A stretch of DNA of 64,000 nt from an uncultured Pseudomonadota bacterium (GCA_963847705.1 CAWKBC010000027.1:512001-576000), one strand, 5' to 3'; positions 30,228 through 40,941 are shown, numbered from the stretch's first letter. Numbers and translations: made by a program. The notes: generated by a model from the sequence alone, not told the origin.

Positions 30228-32366
30228 ATGAGGGGACGTGCACGTCGCGGGCTCGCGGTGGCGAGCCTGATCGCGGTGCTGGGCTGCCGCGAATCGGCCG
30301 GTCTTCACGGGGAAGGTGCGCCCGCGAGCAACGCCGGGGCTCCGCCTCCGGCGGCGGGCGCCACGGGCGGCAACAGGCCCGGCAGGCCGCATCCTCCGCG
30401 CGGCTCGGTGTCCGAGGCCGAGGCCTTGAAGCCCCGCCCGGATCTGCTGCCCGTCGATCGGGCGCTGGTGGTGATTGGCGCCGCGCCGGCGCAGGGCGGG
30501 CAGGCCGGGCAGTCCGGCCAGGCTGGGCAGCCGGCGCACCCAGGGCAGCCCGCGCCGCATCTGGAGGAGCGCTGGATCGACGCCGAGGCGGCCGAGGCGG
30601 CCGGCTACACGCTGGTCGATCTTTCCGACGCGTGGACGCCCTACATCTTCGCCGAGCAGACCGGTCCTGACGGACAGCCGCTGCCCAACCGCTACCGGCG
30701 CATCTTCATCGGCCTGGCCAACGATCAGCTCGATGAGGACGGTGAGCCGCTGCCGCCCGGGTCGAAGAACTACCTGGAGCTCTACGGGATCTTCCCCTCG
30801 CTGTCGGTGCTGCGCGAGCGGTTCCTCGGCGACGAGCAGCATCCCTGCCAGGATCAGGAGAGCGCCGACGCGCTCGACGCCGTCGAGACCGTCACCTACG
30901 TCGCGCCGGCTGATCTCAAGAAGGACGAGCGCCACCTCTCGCGCATTCGCCAGGAGCTGGAGGAGGCGCGCCGGAAGGCGCACGCGGCGACGCTGGACGA
31001 TCTGGCGGCGAAGCAGCCGGCGTACGCCGCCAAGGTGAAGTTGCTCGAGAAGCGGGCCGCGGAGAAGCCGGCCATGACCGCGGTCGAAAAGCGCCTCACC
31101 TGCGAGGGGCTCCTGGGCGGGAGCGCCCGGACCACGCACCACCAGGCGGGGATCTACGACGACGCCATGCGGATCGCCGTTCGGCGCTTCCAGCAGAAAC
31201 ACATGATCTACGAGGCGAACTTCCTGCGCCGCAAGACGGTGGAGGCGCTGTCGCGCTCGCTCATCGAGAACGACTACGACGCGCTGGTCCGTGCGCTGCG
31301 CGAGCGGGTGGTGTCGGCCGCGGAGATTGTGGAGGACGGGTCGACCTCCAAGGTGCGCAACCTGGTCGACGAGTACACCAAGGTGACGCTCGACCAGCTC
31401 GGCCTGACCGACGGCGCCGCGGCGCTGGCCTTCTTCAAGCGCCACGACAGGAACGAGCTCAAGACGTTGCGGGTGGCGGTGAAGCTGCCGCCGCGCCCCG
31501 ACTACTATTCGCCCGACATGGACCTCTCGATCGTCGTCGATCGCGGCGACGTCTGGTACGACGTGCCGTTCGACGACAAGGGGCACTACAAGCCGCAGAC
31601 GCGCAAGAAGTACCCCTCGCTCACGCTCTACGGCAAGGTGGGGGGCAAGCAGGTGGCGCTGGCGCGCTGGCGCACGACCATCGGCGGGTGGCGCGCCGAT
31701 CAGGCCAGCAACGGCTACGAGTACTTTCGCTACAAGGGCTCGGACATCGGTCCGCGCGTGATCCGTCACATCGTGTCGGGGCCGGTCTGGATCGCCCCGA
31801 CCTCGACGCCGATCCGGACGCTGGTGAAGGGGAAGCTGGTCAACGGCAAATGGATGGGCGTCGTCAACTACGACGAGCTCGGGCCGGGGTATCTGTCGGC
31901 CTACGGCCTCATCGCCGGCTACTTCGTGGTGCCCGGCCTGAACGGGCACAACGACTTCGACAACGGCGTGCGCGCGCACGGCTCGTCGGACTACCTGTCG
32001 ATCTACAGCGCCAACGGCTACTCGCACGGCTGCCACCGGCTCCCCAACCACCTGGCGATCCGCCTCTACTCCTTCATCCTGCGGCACCGGCACATGAAGG
32101 TGGCGGGCGACCAGCCGATGGGTTTCACGCGGCAGTTCCTCTGGAAGAACACCGTCTATGAGATGCGGATCCCGTCGCGCGGCTATCTCTACGAGATGGA
32201 TCCGCCCGTGCCGGTCAACGTGCTCGAGGGGAACATCATGGGCGATCAGAAGAAGCCGATCCTCGACTACGTCCCCGAGCCCTGGAACAAGTACCCGCCC
32301 GGCCCGCCGCCGCCGGCGCCCACGACCGGCGACAAGGCCGGAGGAGGCAGCTGTTGCGGCGAGTAG
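30228..32366 (+). CDS. L,D-transpeptidase family lipoprotein with peptidoglycan-binding segment
   Basis: Lipobox VLGC; GIYD..AVRRFQ; YkuD catalytic motif RAHGS...SHGCHRL. Confidence 0.8.
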   Translation: MRGRARRGLAVASLIAVLGCRESAGLHGEGAPASNAGAPPPAAGATGGNRPGRPHPPRGSVSEAEALKPRPDLLPVDRALVVIGAAPAQGGQAGQSGQAGQPAHPGQPAPHLEERWIDAEAAEAAGYTLVDLSDAWTPYIFAEQTGPDGQPLPNRYRRIFIGLANDQLDEDGEPLPPGSKNYLELYGIFPSLSVLRERFLGDEQHPCQDQESADALDAVETVTYVAPADLKKDERHLSRIRQELEEARRKAHAATLDDLAAKQPAYAAKVKLLEKRAAEKPAMTAVEKRLTCEGLLGGSARTTHHQAGIYDDAMRIAVRRFQQKHMIYEANFLRRKTVEALSRSLIENDYDALVRALRERVVSAAEIVEDGSTSKVRNLVDEYTKVTLDQLGLTDGAAALAFFKRHDRNELKTLRVAVKLPPRPDYYSPDMDLSIVVDRGDVWYDVPFDDKGHYKPQTRKKYPSLTLYGKVGGKQVALARWRTTIGGWRADQASNGYEYFRYKGSDIGPRVIRHIVSGPVWIAPTSTPIRTLVKGKLVNGKWMGVVNYDELGPGYLSAYGLIAGYFVVPGLNGHNDFDNGVRAHGSSDYLSIYSANGYSHGCHRLPNHLAIRLYSFILRHRHMKVAGDQPMGFTRQFLWKNTVYEMRIPSRGYLYEMDPPVPVNVLEGNIMGDQKKPILDYVPEPWNKYPPGPPPPAPTTGDKAGGGSCCGE

Positions 32367-32845
32367 TGGTGAGGGGCGCGGGCGCAGCGATCATCGCCGG
32401 GCTGGTGATCTTCGCGCTGGCGCCGTTCGCCCTCCACGCGGCCTCCGACGGCGGCACCGCGCCCCCGGTCGGCGTGGCCGCCCCGGCGGCGCCGGCCGAG
32501 CCATCGCCGAACGTGCGCATCGTCTTCACCATCGTGCCGAACACCAAGAAGGCGATGGTCTTCTGGGGGAAGAAGCGCCTCGGCCTCATCGCGCCGCACG
32601 CGCCGCTGATCGTCACCCGCCCGCGCGACTCCGGCCCGCTCGACGTGGTCGTGAAGTCCGACGGCTACGTGACGGTTCAGACCCGCGCCTACACCTTCGC
32701 CGACAACAAGGTCTCCGTGAAGCTGACCGCGCTCGACGAGAAGAACACGCTGCTCGGCTACCGCGAAGAGCTCCCCCCCGACGGCGGCGCGCCACCCGGC
32801 GGCGGCGCGCCATCGGGCGGCGTTCCCGACGGTGGCCTGCCCTAG
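32366..32845 (+). CDS. Exported hypothetical protein (PEGA-like beta domain)
   Basis: Signal-like N-terminus, T.P..A.V.WG...LG..PL..DGY pattern; abuts the L,D-transpeptidase stop. Start uncertain. Confidence 0.6.
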   Translation: MVRGAGAAIIAGLVIFALAPFALHAASDGGTAPPVGVAAPAAPAEPSPNVRIVFTIVPNTKKAMVFWGKKRLGLIAPHAPLIVTRPRDSGPLDVVVKSDGYVTVQTRAYTFADNKVSVKLTALDEKNTLLGYREELPPDGGAPPGGGAPSGGVPDGGLP

Positions 32846-33003
32846 GCGAAGCTTTCCTTTCAGGGGCCGCTGCAGATTCCGCAAGACGGTCGCGGCGGGG
32901 CTCACGCCCGAGCGCACACAGATGCTGCTCGAGATCCTCGAGGAGTTGCGCACCCCCTCCACGGGGCTGCAGCCCCGCTTGCCCGTCGATCCATCACCGC
33001 CCG

Positions 33004-34332
33004 CTACGGCCCGCCGGAGACCGGCCAGCCGTTCGCGTCCCAGGCGATCTCCGAGATGCGCAGCGTGGCGGCGCCGCTCGAGCTCCCCTTGAGCGCGTGG
33101 TAGATGTTGTAGGTCTTGTTGTCGTAGGTGATGACCGCGTTGTGGCCGGGGGCGATCCAGTCGCTGTTCCCCTGGACGAGCAACGTCCCGCCCCCCTTCA
33201 TGAGGTCCGTGCCCGCCTCGTCGACATAGGGCCCGGTCACGGTCGTCGAGCGTCCCACGCGGATGTTGTAGTCGTAGGCGCCGCTGCAGCAGGCGCCCCA
33301 CGAGGAGAACAGGTAGTAGTACCCGCAGCGCTTGAACACCCAGCCCCCCTCGAGGCTCCCCTTGGAGTTCGCTCCGTTCGCCAGGGAGTAGAGCGTGGTG
33401 TCGGCGCGGAGGCCGTTCGAGGCGTCCAGCTTCACCATCTTGAGGCCGCTCCAGAAGCTGCCGAGCTCGAGCCAGGGCGTTCCGGCGTCGTCGATGACGA
33501 CGTTCGGGTCGATGGCGTTCCAGTTGTCGGTCTCGCCCATGTTCGAGCAGAGCACCATCCCCTGGTCGGCCCAGCTGCCGCTGTCGAGCGCCGCGCGCGT
33601 CGCCTGGCCGATGCACGACTTGTTGCTGCCGAAGGTCGAGGCCGCGTAATAGAGGTGATACACGCCGCCGAAGTAGGAGATGTCCGGCGCCCAGAGGTTG
33701 GTCGCACCGGTGGCCGTCGCGGCCCAGGCCGGCAGCGCCAGCGGCGTGGGGGCGTTGTTCCAGGTCGTCAGGTTGGTCGACGTCTTGGCGATGAGGCCGG
33801 TCGCGGCGAGGTAGATCGTGCTGCCCAGGACGTAGGCCGCCGGATCGTGGGCGCCCAGGCTCCCGGACAGCGTGAGCGCCTGTGGTGGATTGCTGGCGTC
33901 GTAGGTCGCGCCGGGGCAGGACATTGAACCACCACCGCCACCGGAGCCGGTCGTTCCGCCGGTGCCGGTCGCGCCCGACGAGCCACCTTGGCCCTTGCCG
34001 CCGGCGCCGCCAGTCCCCGTGCTGCCGCCCGTTGCCCGCGCGCCCGCAGCGCCGCCTGTTCCACGCGCGCCGGCTGCGCCGCCCGTTCCCGTCGCGCCGC
34101 CGGTCGCGCTCGCCCCGCCTGTTCCGTTGACGCCGCCGGTGCTCGAGACACCGCCGGTTCCGGTGATGCCGCCCGTGCCCGCGACGCCGCCGGCTCCAGT
34201 CTCGCCGCCGGTACTCGTGACGCCGCCAGTGCCCATCGCGCCGCCGGTTCCAGTCTCGCTGCCGGTCCCCGATTGCCCGCAGCCGAGGAGGGCGCCCATC
34301 CCCAGGAGCGCCATCGTCCGGCGAAGTCTCAT
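33004..34332 (-). CDS. GH43 endo-1,5-alpha-L-arabinanase-like lipoprotein
   Basis: Lipobox LLGC, Gly/Thr linker, AHDP, WAPD, NAIDP, GSFWSG, LEG, APGHN; ATGA overlap with the upstream gene. Confidence 0.88.
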   Translation of the reverse strand: MRLRRTMALLGMGALLGCGQSGTGSETGTGGAMGTGGVTSTGGETGAGGVAGTGGITGTGGVSSTGGVNGTGGASATGGATGTGGAAGARGTGGAAGARATGGSTGTGGAGGKGQGGSSGATGTGGTTGSGGGGGSMSCPGATYDASNPPQALTLSGSLGAHDPAAYVLGSTIYLAATGLIAKTSTNLTTWNNAPTPLALPAWAATATGATNLWAPDISYFGGVYHLYYAASTFGSNKSCIGQATRAALDSGSWADQGMVLCSNMGETDNWNAIDPNVVIDDAGTPWLELGSFWSGLKMVKLDASNGLRADTTLYSLANGANSKGSLEGGWVFKRCGYYYLFSSWGACCSGAYDYNIRVGRSTTVTGPYVDEAGTDLMKGGGTLLVQGNSDWIAPGHNAVITYDNKTYNIYHALKGSSSGAATLRISEIAWDANGWPVSGGP

Positions 34333-36284
34333 GATCCCGTCCTCACGAAGGTGAAGTCGTCGAGCGTGACCGACTGGTTGGCGGCGGCCGTGGCAGTGAC
34401 GCCGATCTGGCAGGTCCCGTTCGTCACCGCGATGCCGGTGATCGACACCTGGGTGAACCCGGTCATCGCCTTGGTCAGGGAGGCGTCCTTCTCGCTGCCG
34501 CCGTATCCCTTGGCATAGAGGTTCGCCGTCGTCTGGCCGCCCGTGCTCTTGGCCCAGACCGACAGCGTGTACGTCCCGTCGGGCAGGTTCGCCACCGCCT
34601 GGTTGAGCGTCGCCTGGTAGGCGGCGCTGTCGGTGAGCTGCCAGCTCCAGTTGCCGGTGTGGCCGCCGGAGACATTGGTATAGGGGGTGCCGCCGCTCGT
34701 GGTGGTGGTCGTCCACCCTGCCGGCTGGGTCATCGCCACCCGGTCGGCCTCGAAGCTCGGGTTGAGCGCGTAGTTGTTGTCGGGCCCGACGGTCCAGGTG
34801 CCGGCGGCGGCGTTGAGCGACCACTCGCTCATCGACGCCATGCTCGGCGTGGTCCCGCTGAAGGTGAGCGGGCACCACTGGTTGTAGCCGAGCCCGTTGC
34901 CGGCGAAATCGCTCCAGCGATCGCCGGCGAAGATGACCGTCGTCCCGGCCGTTCCCTTGACGGTGATGAAGAAGCCCGTCTGCGATACGTGGCTGAAGTC
35001 GTCGTCGGTGTTGCCGATGACGCCCTCGGCGCCGTAGGGGCCCATGATGTTGGTCGCCGCGATGTAGTAGCTGTGCGAGGCGTTCCAGCCGTGCAGATCC
35101 GACGAGCAGAAGTAATAGCTGCCGTTGTACTTGAACATCGTGTTCCCCTCGCGCCCCGCGCCGCCGAAGATGCGCGTGGCCGCGTCGATGCTCAGCGAAT
35201 CGGAGGCGTGCACCGGCGCCACGTAGAGGTTGCTGCGCCCGCTGCTCGACGAGCAGATGAGGTAGGACTTGCCGTCGTCGTCGGTGAAGATCGTCTGGTC
35301 GCCGGTGGTCATGTTGGCCACGTTGGTGACCACCGCCTGCACGTGATCGAAGGCGAACGTCCCGGTCGGCGTGTCGCTGGTGGCGAACAGCTCGCCGGTC
35401 CCCGCCGGACCACCCTGGTACTGCGAGATGAGCACGTATTTCTTGGTGGTGGCGTTGTAGACGACGCCCATGCGGCCGATCCAGGTCCCCGAGTCGACGT
35501 TCGCGCCGAGGCTGGCGGTGGTCAGGACGTCGTTCTCATGCTTCCAGGTGACCAGATCCGTCGACGAGTAGCAGGTGATCGCCGCGAAGCTGGTGTCGCT
35601 GTTCTTCTTCAAGCTGGTGACGTAGCTGACGGCGCCGTTGTATTTGACGCCGTACCAGTAGTACGTGCCGTTGAAGCTGAAGACGCCGCCCCCCTGCGAG
35701 TAGATCGGCGTGCCGGAGGTGTCCTTCCAGAAGGTGTCGTTGTGAATCAGCGCGCCAGCTCCAGGCGTGCCCCCGGTCGCGGAGGTCCCGCCAGTTCCAG
35801 GCGTGCCGCCGGTCGCGGAGGTCCCGCCAGCTCCGAGCGCCCCGCCGGTTCCGGAGGCGCCCGCGTGCCCTGCAGCGCCTCCGCTGCCGCCCGCGCCCGC
35901 GCGTCCTCCGCCAGAGCCGCCGCTCGCGCTTCCGTTGCCGCCGGTGGCGCCACCGCCTGTCCCGCCTCCGGTTCCGAGGGCACTGCCGCCTGTGCCACCG
36001 CCGGCGCTCGCGCCACCGGCTCCCGTCGCGCCGCCCGAGGCGGTCGCGCCACCGGTTCCCGTCGCGCCGCCCGAGGCGGTCGCGCCGCCGCTGCCGGGTG
36101 CGCCGCCGGTCGCGCCGGTCTCGCCGCCTTCACCGGTCTGCCCCCCCGAGCCCGCGGTCGAGCCCGAGCTCCCGCACCCGAGCGAGCAGAGCGCGACGCC
36201 GAGCGCCAGGAACGCAACCGATCGGGGCCGCGAAGCGAGGCGATGCCCATCGAACCGATGCCAGGGGTAGGGGCGGGTGTGCAT
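34329..36284 (-). CDS. GH43 (subfamily 24-like, exo-beta-1,3-galactanase-type) lipoprotein with C-terminal CBM-like domain
   Basis: Lipobox SLGC, linker, WKDTSG.PIYSQGGG, YYWYG, CYSSTDL, GREG, GWN, SQTGF, GDRW; NPSFEAD CBM start. Confidence 0.8.
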   Translation of the reverse strand: MHTRPYPWHRFDGHRLASRPRSVAFLALGVALCSLGCGSSGSTAGSGGQTGEGGETGATGGAPGSGGATASGGATGTGGATASGGATGAGGASAGGGTGGSALGTGGGTGGGATGGNGSASGGSGGGRAGAGGSGGAAGHAGASGTGGALGAGGTSATGGTPGTGGTSATGGTPGAGALIHNDTFWKDTSGTPIYSQGGGVFSFNGTYYWYGVKYNGAVSYVTSLKKNSDTSFAAITCYSSTDLVTWKHENDVLTTASLGANVDSGTWIGRMGVVYNATTKKYVLISQYQGGPAGTGELFATSDTPTGTFAFDHVQAVVTNVANMTTGDQTIFTDDDGKSYLICSSSSGRSNLYVAPVHASDSLSIDAATRIFGGAGREGNTMFKYNGSYYFCSSDLHGWNASHSYYIAATNIMGPYGAEGVIGNTDDDFSHVSQTGFFITVKGTAGTTVIFAGDRWSDFAGNGLGYNQWCPLTFSGTTPSMASMSEWSLNAAAGTWTVGPDNNYALNPSFEADRVAMTQPAGWTTTTTSGGTPYTNVSGGHTGNWSWQLTDSAAYQATLNQAVANLPDGTYTLSVWAKSTGGQTTANLYAKGYGGSEKDASLTKAMTGFTQVSITGIAVTNGTCQIGVTATAAANQSVTLDDFTFVRTGS

Positions 36285-36469
36285 GGATGGTCCCTTCAAT
36301 GAAGCAAAGGGTTCGGAGGGGCGAATCTGTGCCTCTCGGGCTCCGGATCGGATACTTATTTTGCGGACGTTGACGCCGAAAAAGGCCGCCTCGCAGGCGC
36401 TTTTGTCCGGCCGGGGTGATACTATTTTCGGACTATCTTTACGTGGACTGCTTTAAGCGGACAGAACGA

Positions 36470-37174
36470 ATGAGAGCGGGTCGCGTTGTCCTCTACGGCC
36501 TGTTGGGCAGCCTGGCAATGTTCTGGTCCGCCTCCTGCCAGGGGCCCCAGGAGTTTTTCCGCGACAACGCGCTCAGCATGGGGACCGGCGGCGTGGTCTC
36601 GACGGGCGGCGGGCCAGGCACCGGCGGCGCCCTCGTCAGCGGATCGGGCGGAACCGGAACGGGCGGTGGGGTCTCGACCGGCGGGGTGACCGGAACCGGC
36701 GGCCACACCACGGGCGGCGTGACGGGAACTGGCGGCATCGTGGCGACGGGCGGCGTGACCGGGACGGGCGGCATCGTGGCGACCGGCGGCGTGCCGGGGA
36801 CTGGCGGCATCGTGGCGACGGGCGGCGCGCCGGGGACAGGCGGCATCGCGGCGACGGGCGGCGTGCCGGGGACGGGCGGCGTACCCGCGACCGGTGGGAC
36901 GACGGGCGCGGCCGGATCGTCCGGGACTGCGAGTAACTGCGTCGACGCCATCAAGCTCGCCGGGTACGCGGCGGGCGGGCAAGCCTGCAGCGCTTGCAAG
37001 GAAAACGGGGCCGACAAGTCGATGAACTGCATGAAGGTGATCGACTGTCTCGACACCAACTATCCTTGTGGCTCGGCCAACAACTGCGCCCTGCAGTGCA
37101 ACAATTCGGGCAGCGCCGACAGCATCGTCAGCGCGTGCGTGACCACGCTGCTCTCCGCCGCTGCTTGCATGTAG
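36470..37174 (+). CDS. Lipoprotein with 12-aa Gly/Thr repeats and a small Cys-rich C-terminal domain
   Basis: Signal ending SASC, GGVTGTGGIVAT-type repeats, and about 10 Cys in the last 65 aa. Confidence 0.7.
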   Translation: MRAGRVVLYGLLGSLAMFWSASCQGPQEFFRDNALSMGTGGVVSTGGGPGTGGALVSGSGGTGTGGGVSTGGVTGTGGHTTGGVTGTGGIVATGGVTGTGGIVATGGVPGTGGIVATGGAPGTGGIAATGGVPGTGGVPATGGTTGAAGSSGTASNCVDAIKLAGYAAGGQACSACKENGADKSMNCMKVIDCLDTNYPCGSANNCALQCNNSGSADSIVSACVTTLLSAAACM

Positions 37175-37219
37175 CGCGCAGCTTGCGCCACGACGAATGA
37201 GCCCGTAACTTCCGGGCCC

Positions 37220-38077
37220 ATGAAAAAGCCCTTTCTTCTGTCTGCTGGCACCGCCGCGCTGTCGTTCTGTCTCCTGGGCGGCCTGGCGCGCGCCGATCTC
37301 GACCTGCCGCGGCCGAGTCCGTCCGCCAAGGTGGTTCAGACGGTCGGGCTGACCGACATCACCGTCGACTACAGCAGCCCGGGGGTGAAGGGGCGAAAGA
37401 TCTGGGGCGCCGTGGTTCCCTACGACCAGCTGTGGCGCGCGGGCGCCAACAACCCGACCAAGATCACCTTCAGCCGTGACGTCAGCTTCGCCGACAAGCC
37501 GGTGCCGGCCGGGACGTACGCCTTCTTCGTCATCCCGACCAAGGGGGCCTGGACGGTCATCCTCAGCAAGAAGACCGATCAGGCGGGGACGGGGCGCGAC
37601 TACAAGCAGGCGGACGATCAGCTGCGCGTGCAGCTGACGCCGAAGGCGGCGCCCTTCCGCGAGCGGCTCGCCTACCTCGTCACAGACTTCACCGACGACA
37701 AGGCGTCGCTCGATCTCGAGTGGGAGAAGCTGCGCCTGGCGATCCCGATCGCGGTGCAGACCTCCGCCCAGGCGCTGGCCAACATCAACAGCACCATCGA
37801 CGGCACCTGGCGCACCTACGCGAACGCGGCGCGCTACCTGCTGGAAAACAAGAAGGACTACGACACCGCGATGAAGTACGTCGACCAGTCGCTGGCGCTG
37901 AAAGAGGACTGGTACAACGTCTGGATCAAGGCGGAGCTGCAGGCGGCGAAGGGGAACACCAAGGACGCGCGCGCCACCGGCCAGCACGCCTACGAGCTCG
38001 GCAAGAAGAGCGACGGGTTCTTCCTGGAGGGTGAGGTCAAGAAGACCCTCGAGGCGTGGAACAAGAAGAAGGCCTAA
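37220..38077 (+). CDS. DUF2911 domain protein with C-terminal TPR-like helices (exported)
   Basis: PRPSP..V.Q.VGLTDI.VDYS.P.VKGRKIWG.VPY..WRAGAN. Confidence 0.9.
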   Translation: MKKPFLLSAGTAALSFCLLGGLARADLDLPRPSPSAKVVQTVGLTDITVDYSSPGVKGRKIWGAVVPYDQLWRAGANNPTKITFSRDVSFADKPVPAGTYAFFVIPTKGAWTVILSKKTDQAGTGRDYKQADDQLRVQLTPKAAPFRERLAYLVTDFTDDKASLDLEWEKLRLAIPIAVQTSAQALANINSTIDGTWRTYANAARYLLENKKDYDTAMKYVDQSLALKEDWYNVWIKAELQAAKGNTKDARATGQHAYELGKKSDGFFLEGEVKKTLEAWNKKKA

Positions 38078-39282
38078 CCTTCGGGACGGTCGCTCAGCAC
38101 CCGGCGGTAAACCGCGACGTAGCGGTCGACCGCCGGCTCGATCCGGTAGCGGGTCTCCGCCAGGTGCCGGGCGGCCAGCGAGAGGCGCCGGTGAAGGTCG
38201 TCGTCGCCGAGCAGCCGGCCCGCGGCCGCGGCCATCGCCTCGACATCCCCGAGCGGACAGAGAAAACCGACCTCGCCCTCGGGGATCACCTCCGGGAGAC
38301 CGCCGACCGCCGAGGCGATCACCGGGACGCCGCAGGCCATCGCCTCGAGCGCGGCGAGGCCGAAGCTCTCGGTCTCGCTGGGGAGCAGGAAGAGATCGGC
38401 GTCGCGCAGGATGCCCGGAAGGTCGACGCGCTCGCCGAGAAACTCGACGTCGGCGGCGAGACCGAGCGCGGCGACCTGGGCGGCGATCCGGGGCCGCTCG
38501 GGACCATCGCCCACCAGGCGAAGGTGGGCCGGGCGGGCGGCGCGCAGGCGGGCGAACACCTCGACGACGTCCTGAACTCGTTTGACCGGACGGAAGTTGG
38601 AGACGTGAACGACGATCGGCCGCTCCGGCAACGGACGCGCCGCGGGGCCGGCCGGCGAAAACCGATCCGCGTCGACGAAGTTGGGAATGATGTCGATCGC
38701 CACCGTGTCGGGGACGCCCAGCGACTCGTGCGTGGCGCGGGCGAGCCAGGCGGACGGGGTGGTCACCGCGTCGCTGGCGGCGATCGAGAACCGGGTGAGC
38801 GGCAAGAAGCTCGGATCGCCCCCGACCAGGGTGATGTCGGTGCCGTGGAGCGTGGTCACCAGCTTGGGGGCGGCGGCCCGGCCGCCAGCGTCGGCGGCCA
38901 GCACCTCGCGCGCCAGGTGGGCGCTCACCGCGTGCGGGATCGCGTAGTGGGCGTGCACGACGTCGAGCCGTTCGCGGCGCGAGACCTCGACGATCTTCGA
39001 GGTGAGCGCCAGCGTGTAAGGCGAGTGTTTGAGCTGGGGGTAGGCAGGGGGCGCGACGCGGTGGAAGGTGACGTTCGCGCGCGCCGGGTCGAGGCGGCCA
39101 GGGACGTCGTCGCTGAAGACGTGAACGGCGTGCCCGCGCCGCGCCAGCGAGGTGGCGATCTCCGCCGCCACGACGCCGCTGCCGCCGAAGGTCGAGAAGC
39201 AGACGATGCCGACCCGGAGCGGCGCCCGCGTCTGGCCGGGCTCGCCCGGCCTGTTGCCTGCCTTGCCGGGCCCAACCGTCAT
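38074..39282 (-). CDS. bshA: N-acetyl-alpha-D-glucosaminyl L-malate synthase
   Basis: GI.C..TFGGSGVVA, HAHYAIPHA, TTLHGTDITLVG, HVSNFRPVKR, ESFGLAALEAMACGVP. Confidence 0.93.
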   Translation of the reverse strand: MTVGPGKAGNRPGEPGQTRAPLRVGIVCFSTFGGSGVVAAEIATSLARRGHAVHVFSDDVPGRLDPARANVTFHRVAPPAYPQLKHSPYTLALTSKIVEVSRRERLDVVHAHYAIPHAVSAHLAREVLAADAGGRAAAPKLVTTLHGTDITLVGGDPSFLPLTRFSIAASDAVTTPSAWLARATHESLGVPDTVAIDIIPNFVDADRFSPAGPAARPLPERPIVVHVSNFRPVKRVQDVVEVFARLRAARPAHLRLVGDGPERPRIAAQVAALGLAADVEFLGERVDLPGILRDADLFLLPSETESFGLAALEAMACGVPVIASAVGGLPEVIPEGEVGFLCPLGDVEAMAAAAGRLLGDDDLHRRLSLAARHLAETRYRIEPAVDRYVAVYRRVLSDRPEG

Positions 39283-40922
39283 GGCTCGAGGTCCTGCAGC
39301 GCCGTCGTGAACGGGCCGACGGCGGTGAGGCGCGCGAACACCAGCGCCTTCAAGGCCGCGGGGCCCAGCCGACCGGCGAGCGACGGCCAGGCGTAGGCCC
39401 GCTCCTGCGGGACGCCCCCGGGCGCGAGCGCGTTCTGCACGCGCGCGAGCCGGCCCAGGGCCACCCCCTCACGCTCGGCCAGCTTGCGCCCGTAGCGCCC
39501 GGTCAGCCGGGCGAGCGCCCGGGCGACCTGCGCCCGCGTGCGCTCCGCCGCGCGGGCGAGGTTTCGATCCTTGGGATTGAGGGCGGTCGCGGCGGCGGCG
39601 ATCTGCTCGACGGCGGGGGCGATCTCGGCGGCCACCCGCGCGGCCAGGTCGGCGGCGGATGGGAGCTCTGGCGATGCGGTGTGAGGCAGCCGCGCCAGGA
39701 GCTCGGCCTGGGGGCGCGCGACGTCGTCGGCGGCCAGACCGAGCTCCCTCAGCCGGCGCCGCGTGTGCGCGTCGAGACAGCGAAAGCGCCCGCGCGGGAC
39801 GATGAGCGGCATCGCCAGGCGGAAGTGTTCGTAAAGCGGTCCCGTCTGGGCGAAGTAGCTCACCTCCGCCAGGCCCCCGACGTAGGCCGCCGTCGGCAGC
39901 AGCGTGTCCTGGACGATCGGTCGCAGCAGCGCGGAGGTGGAGAAGCGGAGCGGTTCGTGCGCCAGCGCCTGGGCAACCTCCTGGTCGGAGAAGGCGCCGT
40001 CGGCTCCGGTCAGCCTCCAGGCCGACGTCCCGCTCCCCTCGGTGCGCTCCATCCGAAAGCGAGGGCCGTGCGCCGAACCGCGGTGACCGAACACCAGCGC
40101 GCAGCCGGGCCGCAGCGGGATCTGCCGTTCGAAGCCCGCCTCCGCCAGGGCCGCGCCTTGCTCGTCGAGGCGCTGGCCGAGCGTGGTGCAGGCGCCGAGC
40201 GCTTCGCGGTAGATCGGGGCGGCCAGGGCGGCGACGCGCGCCTCGCGGGGGTCGAAGATCAGCAACCCCTCATCGGCGAAGAGCTCGGCCAGGACGCCGG
40301 CGAACGCCTGCGCGATGGGGCGTCCGACGGTGTAGTGGGCGCGCAAGAGAGCCAGCGTCTCCTTCGCGGCTGGTCCGGCCCCCAGCAGCTCGGCGAGCGT
40401 GTCGAGGAGCGCGCCGACCTCCGCGGGGAGCCGGCGGTGCGCAACCGAGACGCGCGCCTCCGCGGGCGGCTCGCCCGGGAGCGACAGCTTGACCGGCGCG
40501 CCGCCGCCACCGGCGACCGTCGCCGAGGCGATCTCGGTGAAGTCGTGGTCCTCGGTCTGCAGCCAGAAGAGGGGCACGCAGCGGACGCCCGACTCCGCCT
40601 CCAGCGCCCGCGCCACCGCGATCGCGGATGCTGCCTTGTAGAATCCGTAGAGCGGCCCCAGGAAGAGACCGACCTGCTGGCCGGTCGCCACCACGGCCGT
40701 TCGCCCTGCACCCAGCGCCGCCAGATTGTGCGCGCGCGCACGGCTGGGCGGGAGGGCGGCCTGTTGATCGCGCAGCACCGGGAGGAGCTGGGGTGAGATC
40801 CGGCGCTCGGCCGCGGCGCGAGCGCGCGCCACCCGGTCGGCGCCCGATCGGAAGTCGAGCGCGATGAACCTGCGCGCGATCTCCTCGCCGGCAAGGTAAG
40901 AGCTGGAGAATGGCCGGGGCAC
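39279..40922 (-). CDS. bshC: Bacillithiol biosynthesis cysteine-adding enzyme
   Basis: TGQQ.GLF.GPLY..YKA, FW.QTEDHDF.EI, LLRPIVQD.LLPT.AYVGG.AE.SY.AQ, PQER; ATGA overlap with bshA. Start GTG 40922 or ATG 40931. Confidence 0.9.
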   Translation of the reverse strand: MPRPFSSSYLAGEEIARRFIALDFRSGADRVARARAAAERRISPQLLPVLRDQQAALPPSRARAHNLAALGAGRTAVVATGQQVGLFLGPLYGFYKAASAIAVARALEAESGVRCVPLFWLQTEDHDFTEIASATVAGGGGAPVKLSLPGEPPAEARVSVAHRRLPAEVGALLDTLAELLGAGPAAKETLALLRAHYTVGRPIAQAFAGVLAELFADEGLLIFDPREARVAALAAPIYREALGACTTLGQRLDEQGAALAEAGFERQIPLRPGCALVFGHRGSAHGPRFRMERTEGSGTSAWRLTGADGAFSDQEVAQALAHEPLRFSTSALLRPIVQDTLLPTAAYVGGLAEVSYFAQTGPLYEHFRLAMPLIVPRGRFRCLDAHTRRRLRELGLAADDVARPQAELLARLPHTASPELPSAADLAARVAAEIAPAVEQIAAAATALNPKDRNLARAAERTRAQVARALARLTGRYGRKLAEREGVALGRLARVQNALAPGGVPQERAYAWPSLAGRLGPAALKALVFARLTAVGPFTTALQDLEP

Positions 40923-40933
40923 CGAGAGCATCA

Positions 40934-40941
40934 ACTATACT
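40934..40941. promoter_or_regulatory. Overlapping divergent -10 hexamers between bshC and the LmbE operon
   Basis: actatact reads TATACT on + (40936-40941) and TATAGT on - (40939-40934). Confidence 0.5.

Noticed and set aside
32846-33003. Short coding-like stretch (LTPERTQMLLEILEEL) between convergent genes
   Set aside because: Too short, with no credible start or RBS; cannot be supported.
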